A stretch of DNA of 7,989 nucleotides from Octopus sinensis (lineage: Eukaryota), in the NCBI RefSeq assembly GCF_006345805.1, contig NW_021828666.1, forward strand, positions 1-7,989. The letters are read 5' to 3'. The position numbers and the translations under genes are program-made. This document shows, one piece after another, positions 6,424 through 7,989 of this stretch. Position 1 is the first letter of the stretch; every line of letters begins with the position of its first letter. A model generated the notes under the pieces. The model ran no database searches, had not been told where the DNA came from, and saw only the letters and a list, made by a program, of their open reading frames with translations.

Positions 6424-6670
6424 TTTGTTGTTGATACTGTTGTTGTTTTCGGTGCTGTTGTGATTCTGGTTGCTGTTGTTGTTGTTTATGTTATTGATGC
6501 TGCTGTTCCTGTCGCTGCTGTTGTTGTTGTTGCTACTGCTCCTGTTGTTGTTGTTGTTGTTATTGCTGTCGTTTTTGCTGCTGCTGCTGCTACTGAAGTT
6601 GTTGCTGTTGTTGTTGCTTCTCCTGTTGCTGTTGTTGTTGCTTATGTTATTTCTGCTGTCGCTGCCGCTC

Positions 6671-6703
<33 letters not shown>

Positions 6704-7135
6704 CTGTTGCTGCTGCTGCTACTGTTGTTGTTGCTGTTGTTATTGCTGCTGTTGCTGTCGCTGTCGCTGTTGTTGTTGTTTTTGTTGCTGCTGTTTCTGC
6801 AATCGCCGTTGCTGCTGCTGCTGCTGCTGCTGCTACTAATGATGTTGTTGCTGTCATTGTTGTTGTTGTTACCGTTGCCTCCATCACCATCGCAGTTATC
6901 GTTCTTGTTCCCGCTTAATATTGTGCAGCGGTTTTGTTGTTAGTTATAGCTTCCATTATTCTTCTTCTTGCTGTTGTTGTCAATTTGTTGTAGTCGCCGT
7001 GGTTGATGGCCACATTCTATTCATTTCTCTTCTCCCGTTCTTGTTGCCGACATTGTTGTTATTGTTGTTGTTGTTGTGGTTATTATCGCCTTTTGGTTTT
7101 TGTTTTTTTCATTATTGTTGTTGTTGTTGTTGATG
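6424..7135. repeat. Degenerate (GTT)n/(GCT)n trinucleotide tract
   Basis: GTT, GCT, GTC, ATT and ACT units. Produces the poly-V/A, poly-L and poly-T ORFs. Confidence 0.9.
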
Positions 7136-7303
7136 CTATTGATGGCTTTTCTTAAATCGCTGTTGTTCATATTATTCCCGTTGTTGTTCTTGTATTTGAT
7201 AATCGTTAACTGCTTTGATAAAATTCGATATTTAAAAGTCACATCTTAGTAGCTCATAGCATTTAATGAATCGATAATGCCTGAGTGATTGATTCTGAAT
7301 GCT

Positions 7304-7989
7304 GGTGGTGGTGAAGGCGGCGGCGGCGGAGGTGGGGTAGGGGTGGTGGTGGTGGTGGTGGTGATCGAATTTGGTGGTTGTATTTGATGTGGTGATGGTG
7401 TTTTTTGATGGAGGCGGTGGTGATGGTTGTGGTGGTGGTGGCGTAGATGGTGGTTGTGTTTGTGATACCAGTGGTGATGGTGGTGGTGGTGGTGATGGTG
7501 GGGGTGATGTTCGTGGTGATGGTACTCGTGATGGTGATGTTGATCGTGGCGGTCGTGGTGGTGACAGTGGTGATGGCGATAATGGTTGTTTGTGGTGGTG
7601 AAGGTGGTGGTGATGCTGGGGATAGTGGTGTTGGTGGTTGTGATGTTAGTGGCGGTGATGGTAGTGGTGGTTGTGTTTGCAGTGGTGATGGTAGTGGCGG
7701 TGGTAGTGTTGCTTCGGTCGTGCTGATTACGATGATGAGGACGACGATAGCAGTGGTGGTGATGGTGGTGTTGTTTGTCGGTGTGTTGACGGCGGTGTTG
7801 GAGTTGGCGTTGACGGCGGTGGTGGAGTTGACACGTGCAGTAGAGTGATCGACGAGGATGGTGTTGGTCTGTTTGAAGGCGGGAGTGGTGGTGGTGCTGG
7901 TGGTGGTGGCGCGATAGTAATGGTGGCGGATAGTATGAAGGGGATGGTGGCATTGAAAGTGGAATTGATGTCGATGATGATGATGATGA
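7304..7989. repeat. Degenerate (GGT)n/(GAT)n/(GGC)n G-rich trinucleotide tract, running off the window end
   Basis: GGT/GAT units with local internal duplications. Produces His/Thr/Pro-rich (minus) and Gly/Asp- or Val-rich (plus) ORFs. Confidence 0.9.

Noticed and set aside
6460-6943. Poly-Val/Ala and poly-Leu ORFs as transmembrane or signal proteins
   Set aside because: They are alternative frames of the same GTT/GCT repeat.
7304-7989. Telomeric or subtelomeric repeat
   Set aside because: No TTAGGG or TTAGG arrays; the units are GGT/GAT triplets.

Overview
Repeat-dense eukaryotic (animal) non-coding DNA, most likely intronic or intergenic sequence from an octopus or related coleoid cephalopod. 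That assignment is inferred from recalled SINE families and the extreme microsatellite density; no database search was run. The window contains: (1) a decayed, internally deleted Tc1/mariner-superfamily DNA transposon (about 1182-2087) whose transposase remnant has a 37-residue spacing between the last two catalytic Asp (maT/DD37D-like), degenerate TIRs, and a triplicated 16-bp unit at the deletion junction; (2) a cluster of three tRNA-derived SINE-like elements (4655-5891), one apparently nested in another and flanked by a 9-bp direct repeat; (3) one plausible 168-nt phase-0 coding exon on + (2190-2357); (4) many di-, tri- and tetranucleotide repeats, several arranged as inverted pairs; (5) a 1.57-kb G/T-skewed degenerate trinucleotide tract (6424-7989). 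Nearly all ORFs in the supplied track are translation artefacts of simple repeats. I found no convincing new biological system. The most interesting items are the transposon repair scar, the SINE nesting and tail motif, and the candidate exon flanked by inverted repeats.
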